Positions 11,601 through 20,691 are shown, counted from the first letter of the stretch. The stretch is 64,000 nt of DNA from Desulfobacteraceae bacterium (GCA_037442625.1 JBBIPX010000001.1:2499-66498); one strand, 5' to 3'. Program-made: numbers and translations. Notes: a model not told the origin generated them from the sequence alone.

Positions 11601-12189
11601 CCTGACGCTTGCAGATAAAGCGGACGGGGAAATCATCCGCATCGGCGGCATCGTCCGGAGCGTCAAGGTGATTAAAACCCGGCGCGATGAACTGATGGCC
11701 TTCGTCACCCTGGAAGATATGAACGGAAGCGTTGAGATCACGGTTTTTTCCAGTCTATATGCGGCTGTCGGTGATCTTTTGTCCGGGGATGTCGCCGTCA
11801 TGGTCCAGGGTGAAGTCCAGAAAGACGATAAGGCGGTCAAAATACTGGCGGAAATCCTGATCCCCCTGGAAAAGGCCGAGGAGACCTGGGCGGCGACCCT
11901 TCATGTCAATATCGACATGTCCCGCATCCAGCGGGAAACCCTGCTCAGGCTTCGGGATGTCATGGGCAGCCATCCGGGCGCCTGTCCGGCCATGCTTTGC
12001 CTGAACGGCCCGGAGCGTACCCGGATTGTCATATCCCTTCCCGAGGCGTTGAAAGTCCAGGCAGGCGGCAAGCTCAAACGCGATATCGATCTGCTTCTGG
12101 GATATCCGGCGGTTCAGACGGATTGCAGCCCCGCGGTATCCAACGGCCGACCCAGGGAAGCTTATCCGAACAGAAAAGGAAAATCCTGA
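8677..12189 (+). CDS. dnaE: DNA polymerase III alpha subunit
   Basis: 1170 aa. It has the PHP domain HLHVHTQYSLLDGA, the polymerase core and an OB-fold tail. Confidence 0.95.
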   Translation: MTDFVHLHVHTQYSLLDGAIRIEPLLERVKTYGMDSVAITDHGTMFGTVDFYQKAHKAGIKPVIGCECYVAPRSIAEKTVQDNKGLSHIILLAENMEGYRNLCKLATIAQLDGFYYKPRIDKEILKNHTKGLIALSACLHGEIPRLITDGRQDMADEAARFYLGLFGEGNFFLEVQNNGIEIQDNVNQALLDMSRRLSIPMVATNDCHYLDPDDVHAHDVLLCIQTGKTVHDAERFKFRTNRLYFKSRDEMVADFKSYPGALANTVDIAGRCNLEFDFKTFHFPKYESAGERSADAIFDEKTRKGYARVWRQILKKHPDRDEKPYLERLEYEMAAIKDMGFPGYFLIVADFIQYAKENLIPVGPGRGSAAGSLVAFSLGITDLDPLEHGLIFERFLNPGRKSMPDIDVDFCINGREQVYKYVVDRYGGGDYVSQIITFGKLKTRAVIRDVGRALDIPLREVDAIAKLVPDVLNISLDEALKQEPKLAEMVESRSEVRELIEICKVLEGLPRHASTHAAGVVIGDRPLVDYLPMFRGKKGEVVTQFDMKCVEKIGLVKFDFLGLRNLTVIAGALQMIKDQGKTPPDLLDLDLFDSDTYRLLASGDTTGVFQLESSGMKDLLVRLRPECFDDVTALVALYRPGPLESGMVDDFVDRKHGRKTVEYLVPELAPVLKETYGVIVYQEQVMKIAAELANYTMSEADDLRKAMGKKIAEIMAEHRDRFVQGAQNKGIAKDKASQLFDLMEKFGRYGFNKSHSAAYALIAYQTAYLKAHFPVELLAALLTSEMNSSDGVVKYIAECRSHDIDVLPPDINESEKSFTVAGSKIRFGLVAVKNVGEAAIDSIIAERKNGRFSSIYDFCERVELKKVNKRVIESLIKCGAFDSTGARRSQIMAALDDAVDYGQMAHRKRSDPQLSLFGGSIKEAEKIGHSPLPDIAEWDEKQRLLLEKEILGFYITGHPLQGFEDILDKFATADSLTLADKADGEIIRIGGIVRSVKVIKTRRDELMAFVTLEDMNGSVEITVFSSLYAAVGDLLSGDVAVMVQGEVQKDDKAVKILAEILIPLEKAEETWAATLHVNIDMSRIQRETLLRLRDVMGSHPGACPAMLCLNGPERTRIVISLPEALKVQAGGKLKRDIDLLLGYPAVQTDCSPAVSNGRPREAYPNRKGKS

Positions 12190-12191
12190 AA

Positions 12192-13565
12192 ATGACCCGG
12201 CCCCATCTTCCGGTCTATCCGGTGCTGCTTGCCGGCGGCTCCGGCACGCGTCTCTGGCCTGTATCGCGGGAACTGTATCCCAAGCAACTGGTCCGCTTTA
12301 TCGGCAACGATTCCCTGATTCAGAGCACCATCAAACGGCTTTCACCGGTACTGGACAGCAGCAGGGTGAAAATCGTCTGCGGCAGGGAGCATTCCCTTGA
12401 GATATCCCGGCATATGGAATCGATCGGTATCAGGGCCGATGAAAACGTGATCGGCGAACCCTGCGGGCGCAATACGGCTCCGGCCGTTCTTCTGGCGCTT
12501 TTTGACATTCTTCGAAACGAATCCGATGCCATTGTCTGTGTTTTTCCCGCCGATCATGTGATTCAGGACGAGAAAAGTTTCCACGGCAAACTGGCATCCG
12601 CCATCCGTCTTGCGGCAGCGGATTATATCGTTACCTTCGGCATCCGGCCGGGGTATCCGGAAACCGGTTACGGTTATATCGAAGGACGGAACAAAATCGG
12701 CGAAGGCGCGCTTTCCATCCACCGGTTTGTGGAAAAGCCCGATCTTCAGACAGCCCGGCATTATGTCGAGGCCGGCAATTATTTCTGGAACAGCGGCATG
12801 TTCGCTTTTAAAGCATCGGTTGTGGCCGAGGAGTTCAAAGCATTTCAACCGGATCTCTATCATCGGGTAAAAACCCTTGCCGCGGCATCCGGCGCCCTGC
12901 AACTGGAGGACTACGAGGTGCTTCCCAATATCTCCATCGATGTGGCGATCATGGAGAAAACGCAGAAAGGCGCTGTGCTGCCTTCGGATTTCGGCTGGAG
13001 CGATATCGGGTCCTGGAAATCGCTGTACGATTTTCTGCCCAAGGATGAAAATCAGAATGTTCTCCATGGCGATGTCATCAGCAATGACTCAAATCACTGT
13101 TTTGTCATGGCCCATGAACGTCTGATCGCCGCCAATCACCTGGACAATGTGGTGATCGTGGAAACCCAGGATTCGATTTTTGTCTCGGATATTGAAAACA
13201 GCCGGGATGTCAAATCCATTGTGGCCACCCTCAAGGCAAAAGGGCGGTGGGAGTGCCAGCAGCATACCACGGCATCCAAGCCGTGGGGCAGCTTGACATC
13301 CCTGGAAGCCAAAGAGCATTACCGGGTCGGCCGAATGATCGTATATCCGGGATCATCCGTGACGGTGAAGGCTGAGCCGTCGGAATCCAAAACAATAGTC
13401 ATTGTAAACGGGGCTGCCGAAGCTTTGGTCGGACCGGAGTCCATGAGGCTTTTAGCCGGGCAGTCCCTGCGCCTTGGGCCGGAAAATCAGGCGACGATTG
13501 AAAACGGCAACAGCGACATGCTGATCATGATTCAGGTAACGATAACGGCTGAAACGGCCGCCTGA
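12192..13565 (+). CDS. manC: Mannose-1-phosphate guanylyltransferase with C-terminal cupin domain
   Basis: The nucleotidyltransferase motif LLAGGSGTRLWPVSR follows the start MTRPHLPVYPV at ATG 12192, 2 nt after the dnaE stop. The ORF-track start at 11997 overlaps dnaE and I rejected it. Confidence 0.85.
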   Translation: MTRPHLPVYPVLLAGGSGTRLWPVSRELYPKQLVRFIGNDSLIQSTIKRLSPVLDSSRVKIVCGREHSLEISRHMESIGIRADENVIGEPCGRNTAPAVLLALFDILRNESDAIVCVFPADHVIQDEKSFHGKLASAIRLAAADYIVTFGIRPGYPETGYGYIEGRNKIGEGALSIHRFVEKPDLQTARHYVEAGNYFWNSGMFAFKASVVAEEFKAFQPDLYHRVKTLAAASGALQLEDYEVLPNISIDVAIMEKTQKGAVLPSDFGWSDIGSWKSLYDFLPKDENQNVLHGDVISNDSNHCFVMAHERLIAANHLDNVVIVETQDSIFVSDIENSRDVKSIVATLKAKGRWECQQHTTASKPWGSLTSLEAKEHYRVGRMIVYPGSSVTVKAEPSESKTIVIVNGAAEALVGPESMRLLAGQSLRLGPENQATIENGNSDMLIMIQVTITAETAA

Positions 13566-13638
13566 TTGCAAAGTATATAGAACAAAGAACGCAGGCAAAA
13601 GGTGTAAAAAGCCGCCCCTTGTTTTGAATCGAGGTTTC

Positions 13639-14784
13639 ATGAAGGTTCCGCTTCTGGATTTAAAATGTCAGTATCAGCAGATCCGGCAGGCTGTTCTCAG
13701 GGTCACGGAAGAAATCTACGACAGCCAGTATTTTATTCTTGGGCCGCATGTGGAAGCCCTGGAGAAACAGGTGGCGCAGTACTGCCGTGCCGCCCACGCC
13801 ACAGGGGTTTCGTCGGGGACGGACGCACTGATCATTGCCTTGATGGCATCCGGCATAACTGCCGGCGATATCGTCATCACAACGCCGTATACTTTTTTTG
13901 CAACCGCAGGTTCCATCGCCCGCGTGGGCGCACGTCCCTGTTTTGTGGATATTGATCCGTCAACCTATAATATTTCTCCCGAAGGCATATCCGCCGCAAT
14001 TGACGGAATGTGCCCCGCAGAAAAAGGGCGTCTGAAAGCCATAATTCCGGTGCACCTTTACGGGCAGTGCGCGCAAATGGATCCGATCCTTGAAATTGCC
14101 GGGGTTCATCACCTGACGGTTATCGAAGATGCGGCTCAGGCAATCGGCGCTGAATACAAGGACCGACGGGCGGGGGCTATGGGTGATTTCGGGTGTTTTT
14201 CCTTTTTCCCATCCAAGAACCTTGGCGCGTTTGGTGACGGCGGCATGGTGACCACCCTGTCCAAGGCCTGTCATGATACGATAGTCATGCTGCGCAATCA
14301 CGGCGCTCATCCCAAATATCATCACAGTCTGATCGGCGGCAATTTCAGGCTGGATGCGCTTCAGGCAGCCATCGTATCGGTCAAGCTGAATTATCTGGAC
14401 CAGTGGACCAGGCTGCGTCAGGATCATGCTGCAACCTATCGCAAGCTGTTTTCACAGTGCGGCCTGACGGAGCGGGTGATGCTGCCCGTGGAAAAAGAGT
14501 GCCGGCATACGTTCAATCAGTATGTGATCCGCGTTGCCGAAAAAAGGGATGAACTTCGGGCGTTTTTGCAGGAATCGGAGATCGGGACCGAGGTGTATTA
14601 TCCGGTACCGCTGCACCTTCAGAAGTGTTTTTCATATCTGAATTACGGCAAGAAAGATTTTCCGGAAGCCGAACTTGCGGCCGAGCTGACATTGGCCCTT
14701 CCCGTCTATCCGGAACTTTCCGGCGATCAACAGGAATATGTCGTGGACAGGGTTCATCATTTTTTTTCGCGGATGAACCGTTAG
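13639..14784 (+). CDS. DegT/DnrJ/EryC1/StrS-family PLP-dependent sugar aminotransferase
   Basis: MKVPLLDLKCQYQQI...YFILGP...FFPSKNLGAFGDGG is characteristic of the family. Confidence 0.85.
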   Translation: MKVPLLDLKCQYQQIRQAVLRVTEEIYDSQYFILGPHVEALEKQVAQYCRAAHATGVSSGTDALIIALMASGITAGDIVITTPYTFFATAGSIARVGARPCFVDIDPSTYNISPEGISAAIDGMCPAEKGRLKAIIPVHLYGQCAQMDPILEIAGVHHLTVIEDAAQAIGAEYKDRRAGAMGDFGCFSFFPSKNLGAFGDGGMVTTLSKACHDTIVMLRNHGAHPKYHHSLIGGNFRLDALQAAIVSVKLNYLDQWTRLRQDHAATYRKLFSQCGLTERVMLPVEKECRHTFNQYVIRVAEKRDELRAFLQESEIGTEVYYPVPLHLQKCFSYLNYGKKDFPEAELAAELTLALPVYPELSGDQQEYVVDRVHHFFSRMNR

Positions 14785-14928
14785 CGGGTAGAAGGTCGGG
14801 ATTGATTTCCGGCAAAATCACGGATAATCGGTGTGGCCGACGGCTGTTGCTGTAAGCAGTAAAGCCGTTTGCCTGCAAGCGGATCACAGCACGTTATACT
14901 TTAATCCATATCAAGGCGGAGGAAGATT

Positions 14929-15714
14929 ATGCCAGAAAGAATTTCACGTGATGCATTCAGAGACAGGAGAGGCGCTGAAGCCGAACAGGGCCAGGGTCCG
15001 GATGAAGATTATTATCCGGAAGATGCCTATTCTCCCTGGAAAAAAGGAAATGTGGAGAGTTTTATGTCCAATCTGAGTAAAAACAGCGGGCTGCTGCTGG
15101 TCATTGTCGGTGCCTGTGTATTTGTTCTGCTTGCGCTTTTCGTGTTTCTTCCCATGCTGAAAAACCCTGTCGATACAAAGCCGATCGCCGATGTGGAAGC
15201 AAAACTCAAGAAAATGGAAATCAAGCTGGCCGAGATGGAACAAAATTACCAGAAAGTTGCGCAATTGGCCCTCCAGGATGATAAAATCGAGCAGGTGTCT
15301 GCAAGACTCGACAAACTTGGCGCGTCAACCGCCCAGCGTCTTGACCAGATGACAAGGGAACTCGATTCCCTTCACAAACAGCCTGCTCCGGTGAAAACGG
15401 AATCCGCTCCGAAACAGCCGGCGGCACAGACCAAGCCGGAATCAGCACCCAAGCAGCCGGCGTCTCATATTAAAATGGAATCAGCGCCCAAGCAGCCGGC
15501 CGCTCCGAAAACAGAGGCCGTCAGCCCGGCCAAGCCGGCTGAAACACCGGAGAAAAAGGTGGCGACTGAAAAATACCATGAAGTCAAACCGCTGGAAACT
15601 TTGTATGGCCTTGCCAAGACTTACGGGCTGACGGTTGATGAATTGCGGCGATTAAACAATTTGGGGCCGACGGATTCGATCCGCTCCGGGCAAAAACTCA
15701 AGGTCGGCAAATGA
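14929..15714 (+). CDS. Membrane-anchored LysM peptidoglycan-binding protein with ESAPKQPA repeats
   Basis: ATG preceded by GGCGGAGGAAG. It has one TM helix (LLLVIVGACVFVLLALFVFL), a coiled-coil segment, three ESAPKQPA repeats and a C-terminal LysM domain (YHEVKPLETLYGLAKTYGLTVDELRRLNNL). Confidence 0.75.
   Translation: MPERISRDAFRDRRGAEAEQGQGPDEDYYPEDAYSPWKKGNVESFMSNLSKNSGLLLVIVGACVFVLLALFVFLPMLKNPVDTKPIADVEAKLKKMEIKLAEMEQNYQKVAQLALQDDKIEQVSARLDKLGASTAQRLDQMTRELDSLHKQPAPVKTESAPKQPAAQTKPESAPKQPASHIKMESAPKQPAAPKTEAVSPAKPAETPEKKVATEKYHEVKPLETLYGLAKTYGLTVDELRRLNNLGPTDSIRSGQKLKVGK
15400..15500 (+). repeat. Three imperfect 23-nt cores at 39-nt period (GAATCNGCNCCNAARCAGCCGGC) inside the LysM gene
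   Basis: Copies at 15400-15422, 15439-15461 and 15478-15500, read directly. Each encodes ESAPKQPA. Confidence 0.8.
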
Positions 15715-15744
15715 TTGCAAGGACCAATAGGGGAGGTAATGCCG

Positions 15745-16857
15745 ATGATCGTAGGAATATTAAAAGAAATCAAATCGTCTGAAAATCGCGTTTCCATGAC
15801 ACCGGCCGGGGTGGAGGTTCTGAAGCAGAAAGGCCTGGTGGTGCTGGTGGAAAAAAACGCCGGATTAAACAGCGGCTTTGATGATGACGCTTATGTCCGG
15901 GCAGGTGCCGAGATCATTGAAACAGCCGGGGAGGTATTCGGCCGCTCTGAAATGGTCATGCACGTCAAAGAACCGCTGCCTTCCGAGTATGGTCTGATTC
16001 GAAAAGACCAGATCGTATTTACATATCTTCACCTGGCCGCAGCGGAAGAATTGACCCGGGCACTGATACGGTCCCGATCCATCAATATCGCTTATGAAAC
16101 GATTCAGAAAGCAGACAGAACCCTGCCGCTGCTGACGCCCATGAGCGAGGTCGCCGGCCGGATGGCGGTTCAGGAAGGGGCCCGGTATCTGGAGATGGCC
16201 CAGGGCGGTCAGGGCGTGCTTCTGGGAGGTGTTCCCGGTGTGGATCCCGGAACCGTTCTGGTGATCGGCGGCGGAATCGTGGGAACCAATGCCGCCAAAA
16301 TGGCCTGCGGTCTGGGCGCCAAAGTATATCTTCTGGATGCCAGCCTGGACAGACTGCGCTATCTCAGCGATGTTATGCCCAGCAACTGTTTTTTGCTGAT
16401 GTCATCCCCGGCCGCCATTCGAAAACTTGTAAAGGAAGCCGATGTCGTGATCGGTGCGGTACTGATCCCCGGCGCCAAGGCGCCCCGGCTGATAACCCGG
16501 GATATGCTGAAAACCATGAAGAAAGGATCGGTGCTGGTGGATGTGGCCATTGACCAGGGCGGCTGTTTTGAAACCTCAAAGCCAACGACCCATACGGATC
16601 CGACCTATATCATCGATGGCGTGATACATTACTGTGTGGCCAATATGCCTGGAGCCGTGGCAAAGACATCAACCATGGCACTGACCAATGCCACGCTGCC
16701 GTACGCCCTTGAAATCGCCAGGAAAGGCTGGAAAAAAGCGATGCAGGACAACCCGGAAATCCGCTCCGGCGCCAATGTGATCCAGGGGCATGTGACCTAC
16801 AGCGGGGTTGCTGAGGCGTTTGGACTGCCGCTGGTGGATATCGCAACGTTGATCTGA
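15745..16857 (+). CDS. ald: Alanine dehydrogenase
   Basis: MIVGILKEIKSSENRVSMTPAG and the NAD motif VIGGGIVGTNAA. I chose the start ATG at 15745, which is 8 nt after GGAGG. The ORF-track start is a TTG at 15715. Confidence 0.9.
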   Translation: MIVGILKEIKSSENRVSMTPAGVEVLKQKGLVVLVEKNAGLNSGFDDDAYVRAGAEIIETAGEVFGRSEMVMHVKEPLPSEYGLIRKDQIVFTYLHLAAAEELTRALIRSRSINIAYETIQKADRTLPLLTPMSEVAGRMAVQEGARYLEMAQGGQGVLLGGVPGVDPGTVLVIGGGIVGTNAAKMACGLGAKVYLLDASLDRLRYLSDVMPSNCFLLMSSPAAIRKLVKEADVVIGAVLIPGAKAPRLITRDMLKTMKKGSVLVDVAIDQGGCFETSKPTTHTDPTYIIDGVIHYCVANMPGAVAKTSTMALTNATLPYALEIARKGWKKAMQDNPEIRSGANVIQGHVTYSGVAEAFGLPLVDIATLI

Positions 16858-16858
16858 A

Positions 16859-17752
16859 TTATTCTTTTTTGACCACCAGCCCGACGCCTGCCAGGAGAAA
16901 AAGCGCTCCGGCATAACCGACCAGGGTGGTGCTTTCTGATGAAAGCCAGGGAAGCTTCTGAACCGACAGCGCACTCACAACGATCAGGGTGATGAGCGGG
17001 TTCAGGACAATGATGGCGCTCACCTGGTTGGCAGGCAGCAGTTTGAGGGCTTCGCCCAGAGTGCCGTAGGCGATGAGGGTGTTTGCGCCAAGGAATATCA
17101 GCGTCAGGCAGTCCGTAAAGCCCAGCCCCTGGAATTCGCTAAAAACAGCCAGGGGGGAAAAGATCAGGGCCGCAACCAGATAAATCAGCAAATTGGTTTG
17201 CTGGGGGGTCCAGATCCGCACCAGGAGCTTCTGGCAAACTGCAAAAAATGCCCAGGTGATTGCAGCAAAAACGATCCAGACGTTGCCCCGGCTGTATTGC
17301 TGAGAGGAGATCGCCAGATGATGGAGCTGATCCCAGTAAAACAGCAGGAAACCGGCGGCTGCAATGCCGAAGCCGGACTTCTGAAGCAGGGTGAGACTTT
17401 CCTTGAAATAAACAACGCCGACAACCGCCACCAGAAGCGGAGAGATCTGGATCAGTATCTGGGCATTGCTGGGAGAGGTCAGTGCCACGCCGCTGGTAAA
17501 ACCCAGATAGTTGCCGGCCATGGCCAGTCCGGCAAGAATACCCAGGACCGGCGGCTCGATCAGGATTTTAAAAAACCGGGGCTGATGAATGAGATAATAT
17601 CCGGCCAGAAACACCAGTGAAAATGTAAACCGAAACCAGATGATGGTATTGCCGCTGAACCGCTGGAGCGCATATTTGAGCACAACGGCCAGGATGCCCC
17701 AGAGAACGGCCGTTATGCTGATCATCATCAGCCCTTTTGAATGATCGGACAT
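16859..17752 (-). CDS. DMT-superfamily (EamA-like) transporter
   Basis: 297 aa, about 10 TM helices in two EamA-like halves. Confidence 0.8.
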   Translation of the reverse strand: MSDHSKGLMMISITAVLWGILAVVLKYALQRFSGNTIIWFRFTFSLVFLAGYYLIHQPRFFKILIEPPVLGILAGLAMAGNYLGFTSGVALTSPSNAQILIQISPLLVAVVGVVYFKESLTLLQKSGFGIAAAGFLLFYWDQLHHLAISSQQYSRGNVWIVFAAITWAFFAVCQKLLVRIWTPQQTNLLIYLVAALIFSPLAVFSEFQGLGFTDCLTLIFLGANTLIAYGTLGEALKLLPANQVSAIIVLNPLITLIVVSALSVQKLPWLSSESTTLVGYAGALFLLAGVGLVVKKE

Positions 17753-17761
17753 GACCGGCTT

Positions 17762-18598
17762 TTACCCCATCATCCTTTCCAGTACCGAAAGCGAAGCCAT
17801 CAGGTGGTTGAATGAAAAAACCTCGATGGATACAGTTCCGGAAAACTGCTTGAGCAAAGCCGATATCTCGTCAAGCCTGCTCTGATCCAAGACATCCAGC
17901 GCCTGGTGATCTTTTCCATTTTTAACGCCATGCAAATGAATCATTTCCGTACGCGCGGCAAAATGACGGCATGCGGATTCGATATTTTCATGATTTACGA
18001 TCAGATGCCCGAAATCCAGGCAGACGCGAAGATCGTATTCCAGAAGAATCTCTTCAATCCATTCCAGCGGATAATTGAGCGTTTCAATGGAAAAGGCGGG
18101 GCAATAAACGCCTGCGTCCCTTAACCTGTGCAGGCAGCCTGAAATCCGGCTCCGCCAGGCAGTGTCGCAAGTTTTTCCGATCGGAGTCTGATTACAGGGC
18201 AGATGAAGGATATGGGTCGTGGGCGCCAAGGGCCGGGTGAGATCCATGATCCGAAGCGTGCTTTCAACAAACCGGTTTTGATCCGCGCGCTCCGGGCTTC
18301 CCGGGTCCAGATCCGACGGGAGATGCACATTGTAAGTGAACCGGAATTCCTTAGACAGATCGGCCAGTTCCCGGATTGTTTCTCTTGAGGGCAGGCAAGC
18401 GAGGCGGCTTTCAAAGCAAAGCAGTTCGATTTCGTTCAGAAACGGCCCCAGTACTTGAACATTGGGGATGTAGTCGTCCGGATGAATGAACGACGGCGCG
18501 CTGATCTTAAATGGAAAGGCGGTTTTATAGGATTTGGGCGGTTTCGGATACATGGCGGCCGGCAGATTTTCAGGGTTAATGACGGAATAAGATTGCAC
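17762..18598 (-). CDS. Xylose-isomerase-like TIM-barrel (AP endonuclease 2 superfamily) protein; possible CbiR-type cobamide remodelling enzyme
   Basis: The EIELLCFE...VHLP...LHLP...IHLHG...EVF pattern fits sugar-phosphate isomerase/epimerase-type barrels. It lies directly downstream of cbiB. The start is uncertain: GTG at 18598 or ATG at 18553. Confidence 0.55.
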   Translation of the reverse strand: MQSYSVINPENLPAAMYPKPPKSYKTAFPFKISAPSFIHPDDYIPNVQVLGPFLNEIELLCFESRLACLPSRETIRELADLSKEFRFTYNVHLPSDLDPGSPERADQNRFVESTLRIMDLTRPLAPTTHILHLPCNQTPIGKTCDTAWRSRISGCLHRLRDAGVYCPAFSIETLNYPLEWIEEILLEYDLRVCLDFGHLIVNHENIESACRHFAARTEMIHLHGVKNGKDHQALDVLDQSRLDEISALLKQFSGTVSIEVFSFNHLMASLSVLERMMG

Positions 18599-18633
18599 CG
18601 AACAAAAAGGCGTAATTGACTGAGGGGCCTAGG

Positions 18634-19581
18634 TTATCTGGCGGCAGTAATCACCGCCAGTAGAAATGTCCACAGTAACGAACAGAGCAGCATCAGGTCG
18701 CGGGCTTTTCGGATGTCGCTTTGCCTCACATTCCCGAAGGCAATGCCGATATGGGATTTATCGACCAGCCTGCCATGATATGAGCTCGGGCCGTTCAGCT
18801 TAACGGACAATGCGCCTGCAAATGCAGCTTCCGGATAGCCGGAATTCGGACTGGCATGGTGTGCTCCTTCATGAAAGGCGGTTTTGAAAGCGCGCATTCC
18901 GCTTCCGGACAAAAGCTGCGCCGCCAGAGCGACAACCGGAACCGAAAGCCGTGCGGGGATAAAATTGGCGATATCGTCCAGGCGCGCGGAAGCCTTGCCG
19001 AAATGCAGATAAGCGTCATTGCGGTATCCAACCATGGAGTCCAGTGTATTCACCATTCGGTAAGCGATGGCCAGCGGGGCGCCGCCGATGGCGGCATAAA
19101 ACAGCGGAGAAATGAGGCCGTCCACAAGATTTTCAGCAACGGTTTCAACAGCGGCTCGAATCACCCCCTGTTCCGAGAGGTGTTCGGTATCACGCCCCAC
19201 AATTAAGGAAATCTTTTTTCGCGCCTTCGGCAATCCACCGGATATCAGTGCATCGTCAACCGCTCCGGCTGCTTTTCCGAGCGAGGACGGGCTGATACAA
19301 TAATAGATCAAAAGGGTTTCAAGGATCAGCCTGCAGGCCGGATGAAGGATACCGGCCAGTTGCATCAGAAGAGCGGCAATTCCCCAGGCACCCAGAACCA
19401 GCGATCCGGTAAACAGCGCGCCTGAAATGACAAGTGGTATCTTCAACTGTCTGAAAACAGGCTCCATTCTTGAAATGGACGAGCCCATCCATCGAACCGG
19501 ATGAAACAACCAGAGCGGATCACCTAGGATCAGATCAAGGACAAAGGCCGCCAAAAGGGTGCAGGTGGTATGAGGTTCCAT
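18634..19581 (-). CDS. cbiB: Adenosylcobinamide-phosphate synthase
   Basis: LDLILGDPLWLFHPVRWMG and a polytopic membrane fold. I trimmed the start to the ATG at 19581 (MEPHTT). The ORF-track start is a TTG at 19593. Confidence 0.9.
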   Translation of the reverse strand: MEPHTTCTLLAAFVLDLILGDPLWLFHPVRWMGSSISRMEPVFRQLKIPLVISGALFTGSLVLGAWGIAALLMQLAGILHPACRLILETLLIYYCISPSSLGKAAGAVDDALISGGLPKARKKISLIVGRDTEHLSEQGVIRAAVETVAENLVDGLISPLFYAAIGGAPLAIAYRMVNTLDSMVGYRNDAYLHFGKASARLDDIANFIPARLSVPVVALAAQLLSGSGMRAFKTAFHEGAHHASPNSGYPEAAFAGALSVKLNGPSSYHGRLVDKSHIGIAFGNVRQSDIRKARDLMLLCSLLWTFLLAVITAAR

Positions 19582-19649
19582 AATCTGCCGCAACAGTAAC
19601 AGGTTGGGAGCGTTTTATCAATACGAGACGGCATGACGGAGGAGGAAAA

Positions 19650-20564
19650 ATGACCCGGAAACACTTTGCAATCATGGCGGGCGCGCTGCTATTTGTGAGT
19701 ATTTGCGCCTATCTGGGACTGAAATATTATATTGAAGCCGATGCCAAAAGCCGCATTCAACAATGGGCGAATCAGACGGACAGGATTTCCGGCCTCACTT
19801 TCCAATCTCTGGAAGTGGGACTTTTTGCAAAAACCATCCAGGCCCGCCAGGTTTCCATAAAATTCAAGGATTCGGATCGTCCTGTCGCCATTGATCGACT
19901 GGTGCTGCATTCATTTGACATCCATCATGAAATTCCATCTTTCATGCATGTTGAAATGCAAGGAATTCACATCCGCCCGGACGATTCATTCATAAAGGGG
20001 GCGGCGCCGGTACTTTCGCAGCTCGGATATACGGGTATCGAGGCCGATGCGGAGTATGCCTACCGCTATGATCCGATAAAAAACGATCTGGAGATCCAGC
20101 AGGCGCGCATTCGTGTTGCAGACATGGGGCAGCTTGAGATTACAGCCAGGCTGAACAACCTGGATCTGGCTGTTATAAAATCGGTTCCAAGCAGTCCTTT
20201 AACGCTGGTTGCCATGCTGCCGGCGGTGGCGATATCCGGAATTACCCTGAAATATCGCGATGATTCCATGACGCAAAGACTTGTTCAATTCGGCGCCCGG
20301 CAGTCCGGTCAAAGCAAGGAGCAATTTGTTTCCGGCTTGATCGATCGGTTAAGTCTGGAAATTCAGAAACAAAACCCGCCGGCTGTCAAGGACGGGCTTC
20401 AGGCTGTTCAGAAATTTATAGAAAATCCGGCGATTATCGAAGTTGCGGTTTCTCCCCTCCAGCCTGTTCCCCTGATGCGGTTCGCATTGATGGATCATAT
20501 CGGGCCGCAGCTTGATCTGCTGAATATTGCAGTGACTTATCAGAAAGATGACCAGAAAAGATAA
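19650..20564 (+). CDS. Hypothetical N-terminally membrane-anchored protein
   Basis: ATG preceded by GGAGGAGGA. It has a single N-terminal TM helix (FAIMAGALLFVSICAYLGL). I recognised no motif. Confidence 0.6.
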   Translation: MTRKHFAIMAGALLFVSICAYLGLKYYIEADAKSRIQQWANQTDRISGLTFQSLEVGLFAKTIQARQVSIKFKDSDRPVAIDRLVLHSFDIHHEIPSFMHVEMQGIHIRPDDSFIKGAAPVLSQLGYTGIEADAEYAYRYDPIKNDLEIQQARIRVADMGQLEITARLNNLDLAVIKSVPSSPLTLVAMLPAVAISGITLKYRDDSMTQRLVQFGARQSGQSKEQFVSGLIDRLSLEIQKQNPPAVKDGLQAVQKFIENPAIIEVAVSPLQPVPLMRFALMDHIGPQLDLLNIAVTYQKDDQKR

Positions 20565-20691
20565 ATGTTTTCTGGTGTTATTGCTTCGTTCAATCCCTAT
20601 CAACGACAGAACGTCAATGTCCTGACAATGTCACTGAATGCAATGTCCCCACAAGCCAATAAACTGAGGCTGCGACCGCCCGACGTAACTG

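Noticed and set aside
11997-12191. Long N-terminal extensions given by the ORF track (for example 11997 for manC, 29241 for tpx, 39319 for cheW, 7098 for the binding protein, 47913 for cheX, 33078 for the radical SAM gene)
   Set aside because: The track reports the longest ATG/GTG/TTG ORF. The extensions overlap upstream genes or lack ribosome-binding sites. Internal starts with good SD sequences reproduce the normal family N-termini.
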